Below are positions 1-9,985 of a DNA stretch of 64,000 nt, in pieces. A model generated the notes under the pieces. It did not search any database and had not been told where the DNA came from. It was given only the letters and a program-made list of their open reading frames with translations. Position numbers and translations under genes: made by a program. The stretch is from positions 745,116 to 809,115 of the forward strand of contig CP064977.1 in the NCBI GenBank assembly GCA_016699465.1, written 5' to 3'. Within the stretch, counting starts at the first letter, position 1; every line of letters starts with the position of its first letter. Source of the DNA: Candidatus Campbellbacteria bacterium. GTDB lineage: Bacteria; Patescibacteriota; Minisyncoccia; Phycocordibacterales; EsbW-18.

Positions 1-1
1 A

Positions 2-313
2 GATGACATTCCACACACACTTCCTACAGGAAAGCGCGGTGCAATTAAATTTGAAGTTCGTAATGATGGAACAAAAGAAACATCAGATTGGAAATTTGAA
101 GTTGCACTTCCAACATCTCCTGACTATACCTACACATCAGCAACACAACAGTCACTCTTCCCGGGAGATCGTATTGAATACGTTATCGGATTTGATCGTG
201 TGCGAAATGCTGATACGGACTCATTCCGTATAGAAGTAGACCCAAAGGGTTCGGTGAATGAGTCAAACGAATCAAACAACATCAAGACGGGAACCATCAT
301 TATTACCAAATAG
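2..313 (+). CDS. 3' fragment of a secreted/surface protein with a CARDB-like beta-sandwich C-terminal domain. Truncated by the window edge.
   Basis: Frame 2 is open from the window start to TAG at 311-313 (...GAIKFEVRNDGTKETSDWKFEVALPTSPDYTYTSATQQSLFPGDRIEYVIGFDRV...TGTIIITK*). It reads more protein-like than the tabulated 3..233 ORF. Confidence 0.4.
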   Translation, partial: DDIPHTLPTGKRGAIKFEVRNDGTKETSDWKFEVALPTSPDYTYTSATQQSLFPGDRIEYVIGFDRVRNADTDSFRIEVDPKGSVNESNESNNIKTGTIIITK

Positions 314-410
314 AGTATTGCCGTGTTCATGGGTTGATGCCGTTCTTCCTGAGTGGGGGAACGGTATTGACTTTATACACAAAATGTGCTAATATTCGAA
401 CCACATACCG

Positions 411-1109
411 ATGCATATGGAACATACAGCTCCACACAAAAATATCAAAACACACACACAACCACAGAGTCCTGCGGGTGCCTTTTTGGCACTTCTTACG
501 GAACACCCTGTGTTGGTGAGTATTTTGTGGGGTGGATTTTTCATTGTCCTTCTCGGTCTTTCGTTTGCTCTTGGATTGGTACCAAAACTCGATACGGAAA
601 CTCCTACTGTTGCAGTTGCAAGCACAACGGTGTTTCAACAGGTATCAGCGTCACAGGAAGATAGTTCACCGGTGCGTATTGTGATTGAACGTGTTGGTGT
701 GGATGTGATGATTAGTAATCCAGAAACACGTGACATTGAAACTCTCGATGCCGCACTTTTGAATGGAGCGGTCCACTATCCAGGTTCTGGTAATTTGGAA
801 GATACAAGTAACATGTTTATTTTTGGTCATAGTACCGGATTTCGTGTGGTGCAAAATGAAGCGTTCAAGGCGTTCAGTGGTTTGAAAAATATACACAACG
901 ATGACCTTATTCGCGTGCAATCAAAGACTAAAGAGTACGTCTATCGTGTTACGAAGACCTCACTTGTCGATGCGGACAATGTGCTTGTTGATCTTTCGAG
1001 TACGCATAAAAAATTAACGCTCTCAACATGTAACGCCTTTGGTCAGAAACAAGAGCGATATGTAGTTGAAGCGGATTTCGTTGGCAGTTATACTCTCACA
1101 CCACAGTAG
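411..1109 (+). CDS. Sortase family transpeptidase (class undetermined)
   Basis: N-terminal TM anchor (ILWGGFFIVLLGLSFALGLV). Catalytic His context FIFGHSTG. Active-site TLSTC (TLxTC) motif near the C-terminus. ATG at 411. Confidence 0.75.
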   Translation: MHMEHTAPHKNIKTHTQPQSPAGAFLALLTEHPVLVSILWGGFFIVLLGLSFALGLVPKLDTETPTVAVASTTVFQQVSASQEDSSPVRIVIERVGVDVMISNPETRDIETLDAALLNGAVHYPGSGNLEDTSNMFIFGHSTGFRVVQNEAFKAFSGLKNIHNDDLIRVQSKTKEYVYRVTKTSLVDADNVLVDLSSTHKKLTLSTCNAFGQKQERYVVEADFVGSYTLTPQ

Positions 1110-1118
1110 TGGGAGATA

Positions 1119-1147
1119 TTGACTTTTAATTTTTTGGGATGTATAAT
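1119..1147 (+). promoter_or_regulatory. Sigma70-type promoter: TTGACT, 17-nt spacer, TATAAT
   Basis: Perfect -35 TTGACT (1119-1124) and -10 TATAAT (1142-1147) with a 17-nt spacer, 30 nt upstream of the ATG at 1177. Confidence 0.55.
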
Positions 1148-1176
1148 ACAAAAACCTATATAATAATCAAATACAT

Positions 1177-3873
1177 ATGTTTACAACAATTACACGGACA
1201 ATTCGGTACAACATGCTTGCCACAGGAGTTTCTCTACTTCTTGTCGGCGCCGTTATTGTGCCTGGCGCAATGCTTGCCCAGCAAGTAACAGGTGTCGATG
1301 AGACAGTGAATGCACGTGCGTCTGAAAAGGTGATTGAACCAGCTCCCACTGAGCCAGCTCCAACTCCAACTCCAGATCCGGTGGAACCAACTCCCATTGA
1401 TCCTCCGGTTTCAGTAGAGCCAGTTTCAAATCCGAATCCTTCTCCAGTACTTGTTGAAGAAACATGTGCTCCAAATCCAACAGGTGATCTTCGTGGTCGT
1501 GATGGCACGCCATTTAATCCATTTATTGAAACACAAGTTGTGTACAACGGTACGTCTGCTTCAGTGTGGGTAAAAAACTTTTCTGCAACATGTAGTTATA
1601 AAATAAATCTTGCGGCATACGAAGTATTTTTTGCATATCCAGATCCGGACTTCATTAGTTCACAGCGATTATATAATGCGCACAGTGTCACACTTGCCCC
1701 ACAGGGTCAGGTACAACTTACTGTGAGTTTGCCTTCATGTGCATATCAAGTAGACCTTTTTGAGGGTTCATTTGTTCCTCAAACAAATCCAAATTTTGAT
1801 GGTATTACGTATCCAACGCTCAGTATTCTTGATTGGATTATGGATTTTGAAAATGTTCCTTTGTGTGGACCTGTAGATACTCGTCCTACACTTACTATTG
1901 TAAAAACGGTTATTAACGATAACGGTGGAACAAAGCAGGTTGCCGACTTCAAGCTCTATGCGGGTACCATTCCATTTGTGAGTGGTGTACCACAACATGT
2001 ACAACCTGGAGTACAGACCGTGCACGAAGATCAACTTCCTGGATACACTGCCGGTGTATGGGGTGGTGATTGTTCTGCAAATGGTACGGTTACACTTGCC
2101 GCAGGTGACCATAAGACATGTACTATTACCAATAACGACAATCCTGTTGTTATTCCAAATCCAGCATTTTTGAAAGTAGTTAAAACAGTTATCAATGACA
2201 ACGGTGGAACAAAACTTCCCACAGACTTTCCGTTGTACGTTAACAAACAGCTCGTACAACACAATGTTGTTACACAATTCCAAGCAGGAACATACACCGT
2301 GTCTGAACATAACTTGCCTGGATATACAGCTGGTGTGTGGGGCGGAGATTGTTCTGCAAAGGGTGAAGTAACACTTGTTGCTGGTCAGTCAAAGACCTGT
2401 ACGATTACCAACGATGATAACCCAGTTATTGTTGGACAAGAGGCGTACCTTACTGTTGTAAAAACAGTTATCAACAACAATGGTGGAACAAAGCAGGTTT
2501 CCGATTTTAAACTTTTTGTATCACGCGTGGGAAGTGAAGCTCCAACCGTGTCGGTTATCAGTGGTCAAAAAAACCAATTTGCTCCGGCACTTTACTCAGT
2601 GTCTGAAGAAAATCTTTCTGGATACACAGCCGGCGCATGGGGTGGTGATTGTTCTGTAAAGGGTGAAGTAACACTTGTTGCTGGTCAGTCAAAGACCTGT
2701 ACAATTACCAACGATGACAACGCCGGTACCACTGGTGATGACGACGATGATGGAGGTGGTGGAGGGGGTGGAGGTGGTGGTCACCGACATCCGAATGTGG
2801 TGCTCTTCAGCACGCCTGAGATCCTTGGTTCATCAATTTCTTTGATGCAGGTTCCTTATACAGGTCTTGGAACAAGCCTTTTCCAAATCTTCCTTTTTAT
2901 TCTTGGATTGCTCGCAATTTCTGGTGGGGTGACGTACGTGATTGCACGCCGACGTATGGGTGAAGATACTATGGAAACAACATCATTTGTACGTACTCAG
3001 TATGTACCAAAAGAAACTGCACCAATTATTGAAGATATCGCTCCTGAATTAGATGCGCTATCTGCCTACGATGAATACACATCTCGGACGGAGATCACTC
3101 CTGCGTATGCACAGTACGAATCTACAGTAGACGCGGGTATCGACCCCGATGTTCCTGTAGATCTTCCTATTGCTCCTGCAACTCCTGTTGCTGATGTTGT
3201 GGCCCAATCAACCGCAGTGCGAATGATTACACAACGAGATCAAAGTATTTCTCAAAAAGCATTGGTGTTGGTTCGATTACAAGATATGGCGCGTGCATCT
3301 CGGACACTGGTGTCTGATGACGGTATGCAACTTATTGCAAACTCAGCAGAAGGTGATGAAAAGAAGGCAACAGAGCGCTTGAATCACATTATTGAAATTG
3401 CAAAGGCACGATATCCACGAGAAGACGGATGGCTCGTGTTGGATAAAGGACGTGTTCGTGAATCACTCTTTGTTTCGACACTCTCAATGGTTCCATTGTT
3501 TGTTGAATGGATGGTGCGAGGTGAAGACAAAAATATCTTTGGATTTCTTCGTATGCTCAAATCACAGGAACAACCTGTCGCTGACTTTGTACGAAAGGTG
3601 GTTGCTGAACTCGATAACGCGCACCGCGCACGCCTTGAGGGCGCTGAAGAAAAAACAGCCGTACATCCACACATTGCTGAGGTGACCTACCATCTTTCAA
3701 ACAATGATTTAGAGACAATTATCGGAGAACTCTTACAGGGTGTTGATGAGCGATATGATTCTGCGTACACATCAGTACGTCTTGCTCTTGTACGTGTACT
3801 TGATGTTATTAAAGAGCGACAGGTTACCCGTATTGGTGGTGCATACTCTTTTGCGCAAAACCAAGAGGTATAA
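1177..3873 (+). CDS. Large surface protein: signal peptide, Pro-rich linker, three tandem ~95-aa beta-sandwich-like repeats, Gly10 linker, VPYTG-hydrophobic-RRR segment, then a ~310-aa C-terminal (cytoplasmic?) domain
   Basis: 898-aa ORF. N-terminal hydrophobic signal. PTEPAPTPTPDP linker. Repeats VKTVINDNGGTK...PGYTAGVWGGDC...KTCTITNDDN occur three times. GGGGGGGGGG is followed by VPYTGLG + LFQIFLFILGLLAISGGVTYVIA + RRR. Confidence 0.7.
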   Translation: MFTTITRTIRYNMLATGVSLLLVGAVIVPGAMLAQQVTGVDETVNARASEKVIEPAPTEPAPTPTPDPVEPTPIDPPVSVEPVSNPNPSPVLVEETCAPNPTGDLRGRDGTPFNPFIETQVVYNGTSASVWVKNFSATCSYKINLAAYEVFFAYPDPDFISSQRLYNAHSVTLAPQGQVQLTVSLPSCAYQVDLFEGSFVPQTNPNFDGITYPTLSILDWIMDFENVPLCGPVDTRPTLTIVKTVINDNGGTKQVADFKLYAGTIPFVSGVPQHVQPGVQTVHEDQLPGYTAGVWGGDCSANGTVTLAAGDHKTCTITNNDNPVVIPNPAFLKVVKTVINDNGGTKLPTDFPLYVNKQLVQHNVVTQFQAGTYTVSEHNLPGYTAGVWGGDCSAKGEVTLVAGQSKTCTITNDDNPVIVGQEAYLTVVKTVINNNGGTKQVSDFKLFVSRVGSEAPTVSVISGQKNQFAPALYSVSEENLSGYTAGAWGGDCSVKGEVTLVAGQSKTCTITNDDNAGTTGDDDDDGGGGGGGGGGHRHPNVVLFSTPEILGSSISLMQVPYTGLGTSLFQIFLFILGLLAISGGVTYVIARRRMGEDTMETTSFVRTQYVPKETAPIIEDIAPELDALSAYDEYTSRTEITPAYAQYESTVDAGIDPDVPVDLPIAPATPVADVVAQSTAVRMITQRDQSISQKALVLVRLQDMARASRTLVSDDGMQLIANSAEGDEKKATERLNHIIEIAKARYPREDGWLVLDKGRVRESLFVSTLSMVPLFVEWMVRGEDKNIFGFLRMLKSQEQPVADFVRKVVAELDNAHRARLEGAEEKTAVHPHIAEVTYHLSNNDLETIIGELLQGVDERYDSAYTSVRLALVRVLDVIKERQVTRIGGAYSFAQNQEV
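1888..2721. repeat. Three tandem in-frame coding repeats (~290-300 bp each) within the surface protein gene
   Basis: The second and third copies share ~80 nt of near-identity (tggggyggwgattgttctg..aagggtgaagtaacacttgttgctggtcagtcaaagacctgtac.attaccaacgatga.aac). Confidence 0.7.
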
Positions 3874-4118
3874 AACCTTATCGGGAGATAAGGGCGGCGC
3901 AAAATCCACAGATATGTGGATTTTGCTTTTACAGGGTGTTTGTGCTATAGTTATGGGTACAAATTTGGTACTACTCATGAGCAGCAATGTTTAGTGTAGT
4001 TTCCAGTTTTATTGGCGACTATAGAGCGAGCGAAATAAAAATGCATTCATTTTCATTTCCGAGCCCAGGAGCCAATACGGGGTTTAATACCCTTTATTAA
4101 TCGTAATTTTCTTTCGAC

Positions 4119-4352
4119 ATGACTTCAACACAAAAAGGAGGAGCAGGTGTTACAATCCTCATCATTGTTGTTCTTCTCATTCTCGCAGGCGTTCTCTTCT
4201 TCTCAAACAAGAAAGATGCATCTGACGTAGTTGTAGACGATACAACAGTAGGAACAACAACAGACACAACTGTTGGTGCAACTACAAGTAACGCAACAGC
4301 AGCAACTGGTACAACAGTTGTCGCAACAACTTCTACTACAACAACAAACTAA
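4119..4352 (+). CDS. Small membrane-anchored Thr-rich protein
   Basis: 77 aa. N-terminal TM (GAGVTILIIVVLLILAGVLFF). C-terminal T/V/A-rich low-complexity tail. SD-like aaaggagg lies inside the 5' end, so the start is uncertain. Confidence 0.4.
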   Translation: MTSTQKGGAGVTILIIVVLLILAGVLFFSNKKDASDVVVDDTTVGTTTDTTVGATTSNATAATGTTVVATTSTTTTN

Positions 4353-4372
4353 TCGTTCGTTGTTTGGATAAA

Positions 4373-4405
4373 ACACCACTCGCATGCGGGTGGTGTTTTA
4401 TTTTT
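4373..4405 (+). terminator. Rho-independent terminator
   Basis: ACACCACTCGC/GCGGGTGGTGT hairpin followed by TTTTATTTTT, immediately after the 4119..4352 CDS. Confidence 0.6.
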
Positions 4406-4528
4406 GTTAATTATGGAGCGTAATGATACGTACAGTATACAAAAGTTTTCAACACGTATTGTTTTTTAATACGGGGGGTGTGTTACTATTAGTACATTAC
4501 TATTTGTGAATGTTCGCGTGGTGGCGAA

Positions 4529-5353
4529 ATGCATTCACAGAGTGTTGGGTTTGTTATGCGTATTTCAAAAAAAAATGTTCCCGAAAAAAGAGTTTCTAAC
4601 AAGAGTGTTTTGACGCGTCCCCATGTTGATTCATTAATACGACAAAAAAGTCGTGATGTTTCACACACATTTTCTACTGCACCGCAAAAGAAAGAGGTAA
4701 TAAAAAATATTTCAAAAAGGGAATTGGGTGTCGATGATTCAAAGAGAATGTTCTTAAAGGCTGCAGGAATTGCAGGTCTTGGAGTTGCCGCAACGGCACT
4801 ATTTCCACGTCAGGCGGATGCGTATGTCGCAGGAAGCACACCAACGTCGAATGTTGTGGGTGTTAAAAATGTTGCCAATACACGGGTAAATCCAGCAACT
4901 GAAGATACACTTGCAACTCGAGCATCTGAGGCAACTCTTGCGCTGATTAAAACAAATTCTGACAAGTTTAATTTTGATGGACAGAATTTGAAAGTGACTA
5001 GTGCAGGTGCTATTTCGGGTACGGTGGGTGTACAAGACACATCAAACACTCAAGTAAATCCTGCCACAGAAGATAGTCTCATCCTTCTTCGTAGGATTCT
5101 GAAACAGGTTGATTCACTGGGCGTTGTAGACTCTGCACAGCGACAGAAAGTTACCCTCGATTCAATCACAGGTTCACTTACCTTGGGAACAGTATCGACA
5201 GTTACCACCGTTTCTACTGTTACAACTTGTTCAACAGTAACATCGGCGACCAACCTCGTTGCTCTCGGTGGTGTTGATGGTCGGTACTTGCACATTGATA
5301 CTGCACGTAATGCATCTGCAAATGGTATTCGGGCTAACTTAACATTTTCATAA
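4529..5353 (+). CDS. Hypothetical protein with an internal Tat-like (KR-variant) signal, SKRMFLKAAGIAGLGVAATALFPRQADA. The true start is possibly TTG at 4724.
   Basis: ORF from ATG 4529. The S-K-R-M-F-L-K + h-region + AxA segment begins ~65 aa in. An in-frame TTG at 4724 would place it at the N-terminus. Internal repeat NT[RQ]VNPATED[TS]L occurs twice. tatC/tatA lie downstream. Confidence 0.5.
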   Translation: MHSQSVGFVMRISKKNVPEKRVSNKSVLTRPHVDSLIRQKSRDVSHTFSTAPQKKEVIKNISKRELGVDDSKRMFLKAAGIAGLGVAATALFPRQADAYVAGSTPTSNVVGVKNVANTRVNPATEDTLATRASEATLALIKTNSDKFNFDGQNLKVTSAGAISGTVGVQDTSNTQVNPATEDSLILLRRILKQVDSLGVVDSAQRQKVTLDSITGSLTLGTVSTVTTVSTVTTCSTVTSATNLVALGGVDGRYLHIDTARNASANGIRANLTFS

Positions 5354-5357
5354 GGAT

Positions 5358-8207
5358 ATGGCAGTTACTAATAATCTTAAAACACAAGTTGATTTGCCTG
5401 TTTGGGAGTGGTGTCGTTTTGCCCCCACTAATACTGTGGCATTATCAGGCATGGCAACTGCGGACGACGGTTCGAGTCGTTTTATATACTATTTGACTAC
5501 ATCGACCTTTTATAGGTATGACACCTTTGCAGATACATGGCAACAACTCGCAACACCAAACACGGCGCCCGTAACGACACTTTCACTACGGTACACAGGT
5601 TTACGTGGGTATCACGGTCGAGTACTTAGTGCTACTGGAACTACAATTCAAATACCAGGTTTGCGCGGTCCGACACTTAATGGGGCGACGCTAAAAATAC
5701 TCACCGGTACTGGGGTTGGTCAACAGAGAGTGCTTACCTATACTGGTGAGACTATTCATGATGCGGGTGTTATCACTGGAACAACCACTTCAACACTTGC
5801 CGATTCAACAAAGAAATGGAAATTTAATCAGTGGTCAGGATACATAGTTGGTATTACTTTTGGTACAGACGTGACACAGTATAAAAAGATTTTGTACAAC
5901 GATGCTACAACTCTTTATATTGCTGATCCAAACCTTCAGCCACATGATCCTTGGAATAACCAAATTTTTGTGGCGGCAGCACCGTACGCATTACCTGTTA
6001 CGACGGCTGGGTCGCAGGCACATTTTCAAATTCTTTCTCATACATACTCCGTTCCTGCGTGGGATGTAACTCCAGACTATACATCATATTTCACCACGAC
6101 AACGGGGGGGATTTATTTACTTTCATCTGCTGCCGCAGCCCCATTTTTCACACTCCAGTACTATGATATTGCACATGATACATGGCAGACAAAGACGTGT
6201 AATCAAGGTCTGATTCAAGCAGCTCTTGGTACAGATTGTTCAGTTGAGCGATTGGCAAAGACAGGTTCAGCATTTTTGTCTTCAACAGCAACGGCAGGCG
6301 CCGCAAGAACGCTAACTGACGGCGTGCAAACACTAACTGTTGATAGGTATGCAAATTACCGTATTCTTATTACTGGTGGCACAGGAGTGGGACAACATAG
6401 GCGTATTGTGTGTAATACTGCGACAGTATTTACTGTACATAAGCCATGGGACACAACTCCAGATGCAACATCAACTTACGAGATTTGGGGTGACTATGAC
6501 AAAATGTTTTTAGCTGGAGGTGCGGCTGCTGCTCTGTACGCTTATTCACCTGAAAACGATTACTGGATGCAAGGTAACAACTTTGATGATGGTGTTGTCC
6601 GCAACATATCAGTCAAGATGAATGGGTGGGAAGGGCTAGGTGTTTCAACAGGTGTGCGCATTGCTGCCGGTGTTACTGCTGTGAATCCTGTCCCAACAGC
6701 TGGAGGTACGGGGTATGTCGTTGGGGATATTCTCACGTGTTCAGTGGGAGGTACTGGTGCAAGGGTGATAGTAACATCCACAACTTTTTCAGGTTCTACA
6801 GGTGTGGTGACTGGTATTGAATTGGTAGCTGCTGGAACTGCCACTGGTTTTACCACAGGCACTGGAAAGGCAACATCAGGTGGTACAGGTTCGGGGTGCA
6901 CAATTGAAATAACATCCGTAGGAGCAACGTGTTTAGTGACGACGGCCAGTGCGCACTGGTTTAAGACTGGTGATTCGGTGACATTTGCTGGTTGTTCAGA
7001 GGCCGCGTATAACGCTGCGCATACTATTATTGGAGTTGGCTCAACCACAGCATTTGATGTTGCAGTGACGGCTACAGCAAACATGGCGGCAAGTAACTCT
7101 CAGTCGACAACTGTTATTGTTGACGCATCGAAAAATTGGACAGCTGGTGAGCACGTAGGTAAGTTGGTTCATTTATCTGTCGCCGGCACCGCGCCAACAG
7201 CACAAATCAGGTGGATTACCGCCAACACAGCAACAACACTTACTGTGGCAACAATTGTTGCTGGTACGAACGGAACATCAAAATATGCAATCTATGACTC
7301 AAAAGTCTTTGGGACAGACAACCAGTTTAAACCAGCCAATCAACAAAACTGGGGTCATGCATCATCTGGTTCTCTCACCACACTTGTAGACTCTTCAAAA
7401 AGTTGGGTAACTAACTGTTGGGCAGGCTATAAGCTTCGTATAGAGTCGGGAACAGGTTTTGCTACAGGTATCATTTCAATAGTTTCTAATACGGCAACTA
7501 CGCTTACGTATGCCGCACAAGCTTTTACACCAGATGCAACAACACACTACGAGATAGCGGATACATGGGGTTTGATCACTGCAGGAGGTACCACCACTCC
7601 AGTTACGGAAACAACAACAAAGAACTGGACTACAAACATGTGGGCAGGTAAGAGGTTACGTATTACAGGAGGAACAGCACTAGGGCAGGAGGGTACTGTG
7701 ACTTCAAACACTGCTACTGCTCTTACTACCGCAGCTCTGACACTTACTGATACTACGTCCACATATGCAATACTAGGAGTTCCTGCGCGTGGAGCCGGTA
7801 TGCAATTGTTGTGGGTGTGGAACAATACCGATACAGCGACAAAGGGCAAGTATATGTTTTTACCACGAGGAGGAGGTTCGAACACTGCGGATATTTATGA
7901 CATTACAACAACCCGTTGGATATATGGATATTTTTTCTCACCACAACAAGAAACACTTACCACAGGTTCAATGTATGCGTATGATGGACATAATACAATT
8001 TATTTTACAAAAGACGCGACCGGAAAAGTGTTTGCCTTTAACTTCACAACGAATTCAATAACAATGGTAGGACAAATTCCATATGGACACTCAACAGCCA
8101 TTATTGGAAACAGATTAGAAATAATTGAAACGGCAGACGGATTAAATTATTTGTACATGATGCGGCACACTGGTGCGGAAATGTGGCGAATGCTCCTCTT
8201 CTTTTAA
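5358..8207 (+). CDS. Large (949 aa) Thr/Gly-rich repeat protein of unknown function
   Basis: aagga RBS 2-6 nt upstream of the ATG at 5358. Recurrent module [KR]L.I..GTG.GQ....(V/I)..NTAT.LT occurs at least 5 times. No signal peptide. Confidence 0.6.
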   Translation: MAVTNNLKTQVDLPVWEWCRFAPTNTVALSGMATADDGSSRFIYYLTTSTFYRYDTFADTWQQLATPNTAPVTTLSLRYTGLRGYHGRVLSATGTTIQIPGLRGPTLNGATLKILTGTGVGQQRVLTYTGETIHDAGVITGTTTSTLADSTKKWKFNQWSGYIVGITFGTDVTQYKKILYNDATTLYIADPNLQPHDPWNNQIFVAAAPYALPVTTAGSQAHFQILSHTYSVPAWDVTPDYTSYFTTTTGGIYLLSSAAAAPFFTLQYYDIAHDTWQTKTCNQGLIQAALGTDCSVERLAKTGSAFLSSTATAGAARTLTDGVQTLTVDRYANYRILITGGTGVGQHRRIVCNTATVFTVHKPWDTTPDATSTYEIWGDYDKMFLAGGAAAALYAYSPENDYWMQGNNFDDGVVRNISVKMNGWEGLGVSTGVRIAAGVTAVNPVPTAGGTGYVVGDILTCSVGGTGARVIVTSTTFSGSTGVVTGIELVAAGTATGFTTGTGKATSGGTGSGCTIEITSVGATCLVTTASAHWFKTGDSVTFAGCSEAAYNAAHTIIGVGSTTAFDVAVTATANMAASNSQSTTVIVDASKNWTAGEHVGKLVHLSVAGTAPTAQIRWITANTATTLTVATIVAGTNGTSKYAIYDSKVFGTDNQFKPANQQNWGHASSGSLTTLVDSSKSWVTNCWAGYKLRIESGTGFATGIISIVSNTATTLTYAAQAFTPDATTHYEIADTWGLITAGGTTTPVTETTTKNWTTNMWAGKRLRITGGTALGQEGTVTSNTATALTTAALTLTDTTSTYAILGVPARGAGMQLLWVWNNTDTATKGKYMFLPRGGGSNTADIYDITTTRWIYGYFFSPQQETLTTGSMYAYDGHNTIYFTKDATGKVFAFNFTTNSITMVGQIPYGHSTAIIGNRLEIIETADGLNYLYMMRHTGAEMWRMLLFF

Positions 8208-8210
8208 AGT

Positions 8211-9212
8211 ATGAACATAGACTACCTTATACAATTACTTACCAACCGTCAGAATGGACTTCTTCTCGCAAAAGATCAGGCATTTCAGTCTGGTGATTTG
8301 GAAAGAATTAACAGTGTTGATGCGGAAATTTTAGATGTGCAAAATACACTCTCAAAATTAAAGCTCTTGGCAAGTATTGAACAAGCCGCTGCTGCCACAG
8401 CATTTTCTGAAGCAGAAGTAGTGAAGAGTGGTATTGAAGCTGCCTTTAATCCGACTGTCGTTAGTGATGCAACACGCGTATTGCTTGAGTATGATATTGC
8501 ACCCTATGCAACTGATCCTGAACATGAGATGAAAATTCAGAGTATTTTGGAAAAAATGGGACCAATGAGTTCTCCCGACCAGATAGATTTGTATATACAA
8601 AGTGCTGTACCTGGGAGTCCTGTTACGGGAGCCATGGTTTTTGCGGCAGCGGCTCGATATGCTGTCGACGCTCGATTAATGTTGGCTCTTATGGAGAATG
8701 ATTCCATGTATGGGACACTTGGTGTTGGTGCACGCACATTTAATCCTGGAAATGTAGGAAATACAGGCACTAAAGAGCGCATGTATCCATCTTGGGAAGA
8801 AGGAGTCGGTGCGGTTGCATTATGGTTGAGTAGGCACCGAAGAGAGTCGGAGGTTCCTGTTGTATTACCGGGGGTTTTGGATGAAACGTTATCTGAAGAG
8901 GCACAAGGTGAAGAGGCAACAACGACAGATTCAACAGTTGAATCTGATGCGACGACAACACCACCGTTTGTAGAAACAGCAACGGGCACAACAACGCAAG
9001 ATGTAGAGGCAACTTCAACTCCAGCAGATACCGGAACAGTATATGGTACGAGCACACAAGCAACATCGACTCCGCCGGGGACTGTAGAGGCAAGTACGAC
9101 ACCTGAGGTGCTATCGCCTAGTGTTTTGGAAGGAACCACTACAGCAACGAGCACGCCATCTGAACAAACTGCTCGTGTTATACGGCAAAAACAGAAGCGC
9201 AAAATGGCATAA
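8211..9212 (+). CDS. Hypothetical protein with a Thr/Ser-rich C-terminus
   Basis: 333-aa ORF 3 nt after the previous stop. Conserved-looking core ...GARTFNPGNVGNTG...SWEEGVGAVALWL. C-terminal low-complexity T/S/E-rich region. Confidence 0.5.
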   Translation: MNIDYLIQLLTNRQNGLLLAKDQAFQSGDLERINSVDAEILDVQNTLSKLKLLASIEQAAAATAFSEAEVVKSGIEAAFNPTVVSDATRVLLEYDIAPYATDPEHEMKIQSILEKMGPMSSPDQIDLYIQSAVPGSPVTGAMVFAAAARYAVDARLMLALMENDSMYGTLGVGARTFNPGNVGNTGTKERMYPSWEEGVGAVALWLSRHRRESEVPVVLPGVLDETLSEEAQGEEATTTDSTVESDATTTPPFVETATGTTTQDVEATSTPADTGTVYGTSTQATSTPPGTVEASTTPEVLSPSVLEGTTTATSTPSEQTARVIRQKQKRKMA

Positions 9213-9231
9213 AGTTTTTTCTAGTATGTAA

Positions 9232-9972
9232 TTGATTTCTGTGAATTCCTTTGAAGAAACTCTTTCGCAATATGGCACGTATTTTGAGGAATTACGCCAA
9301 GCAATTCTTACGGTAACGAAGGTTTTTGTTGGTGTATTTGCTCTTGGTTTTTTTGCAACATCTCCTGCAGTACGTTTTATATTGGAACATGTTCGTATAA
9401 GCGGTGTAACCGTTGTGACTACGTCGCCATTTCAACTCGTTGAACTTGCTATGAGTGTGGGTTTTTTTTGTGCGTGTGTCGTCGTCGTACCACTTTTTGT
9501 TTTTCGTGTGTATTCATTTCTTAAGCCAGGTTTATTTCCTGCAGAACGTACTTTTTTTGCATGGTCGGCTCCTTTCGGTCTCGGGCTTTTTATCACAGGT
9601 TTTACGTACGGGTGCGTCATGTTGTATTACGCAATAAAAATAATTGCTCAAGTGAATATAGGGCTTGGTGTTTCAAATTATTGGGATATTAGTTCGTTTA
9701 TTTCACAAATGGTACTCACCTCGGCACTTCTCGGTCTCCTTTTTCTTTTTCCGTTAGTTATTACCTTTCTTGTTCGTTTGGGTATTGTAGATGCAGCTTT
9801 TCTAAAATCAAAAAGGAAGCACGCTATCGCTGGGATATTCATTCTCGTCTCTTTGCTTCCGCCGACGGATGGGGTATCATTAATCTTGATGGCAGTGCCG
9901 ATGATAATAATTTTTGAACTCACTGTTGTGTTCAATAAGGGGAAGAATCGCGGTCGTCTTTTAACAGTGTAA
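9232..9972 (+). CDS. tatC: Sec-independent protein translocase TatC
   Basis: Six predicted TM segments. TatC signature FLKPGLFPAER. Overall TatC-like hydropathy. Apparent non-ATG (TTG) start at 9232; an in-frame GTG at 9241 is an alternative. Confidence 0.8.
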   Translation: MISVNSFEETLSQYGTYFEELRQAILTVTKVFVGVFALGFFATSPAVRFILEHVRISGVTVVTTSPFQLVELAMSVGFFCACVVVVPLFVFRVYSFLKPGLFPAERTFFAWSAPFGLGLFITGFTYGCVMLYYAIKIIAQVNIGLGVSNYWDISSFISQMVLTSALLGLLFLFPLVITFLVRLGIVDAAFLKSKRKHAIAGIFILVSLLPPTDGVSLILMAVPMIIIFELTVVFNKGKNRGRLLTV

Positions 9973-9985
9973 CTAGAAATTGTAT

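Noticed and set aside
3-233. Tabulated 76-aa ORF at the window start
   Set aside because: Frame 2 (2..313) gives a longer, domain-like reading that ends at a clean stop. The 3..233 frame is His/Gln-rich and implausible.
1167-1547. Minus-strand ORFs (1167..1547, 1253..1513) and 1768..2310 overlapping the surface-protein gene
   Set aside because: They are antisense to a well-supported repeat-containing CDS. They are Gly/Ser-rich mirror images of the Pro-rich linker.
2752-2781. Poly-Gly-encoding GGN tracts (also 14200-14245 and 45560-45620) as possible phase-variation (slipped-strand) switches
   Set aside because: The tracts are heterogeneous GGA/GGT/GGG/GGC codons rather than mononucleotide or perfect short tandem repeats, and they are in-frame multiples of 3. 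They more likely encode flexible linkers than contingency loci.
6560-7084. 174-aa minus-strand ORF inside the 949-aa gene
   Set aside because: Antisense to a Thr/Gly/Ala-rich region of a long, coherent + strand ORF. Pro/Val/Ala low-complexity composition.
8537-9202. 221-aa minus-strand ORF antisense to the Thr/Ser-rich tail of 8211..9212
   Set aside because: Low-complexity antisense of a T/S/E-rich coding region. No start context.
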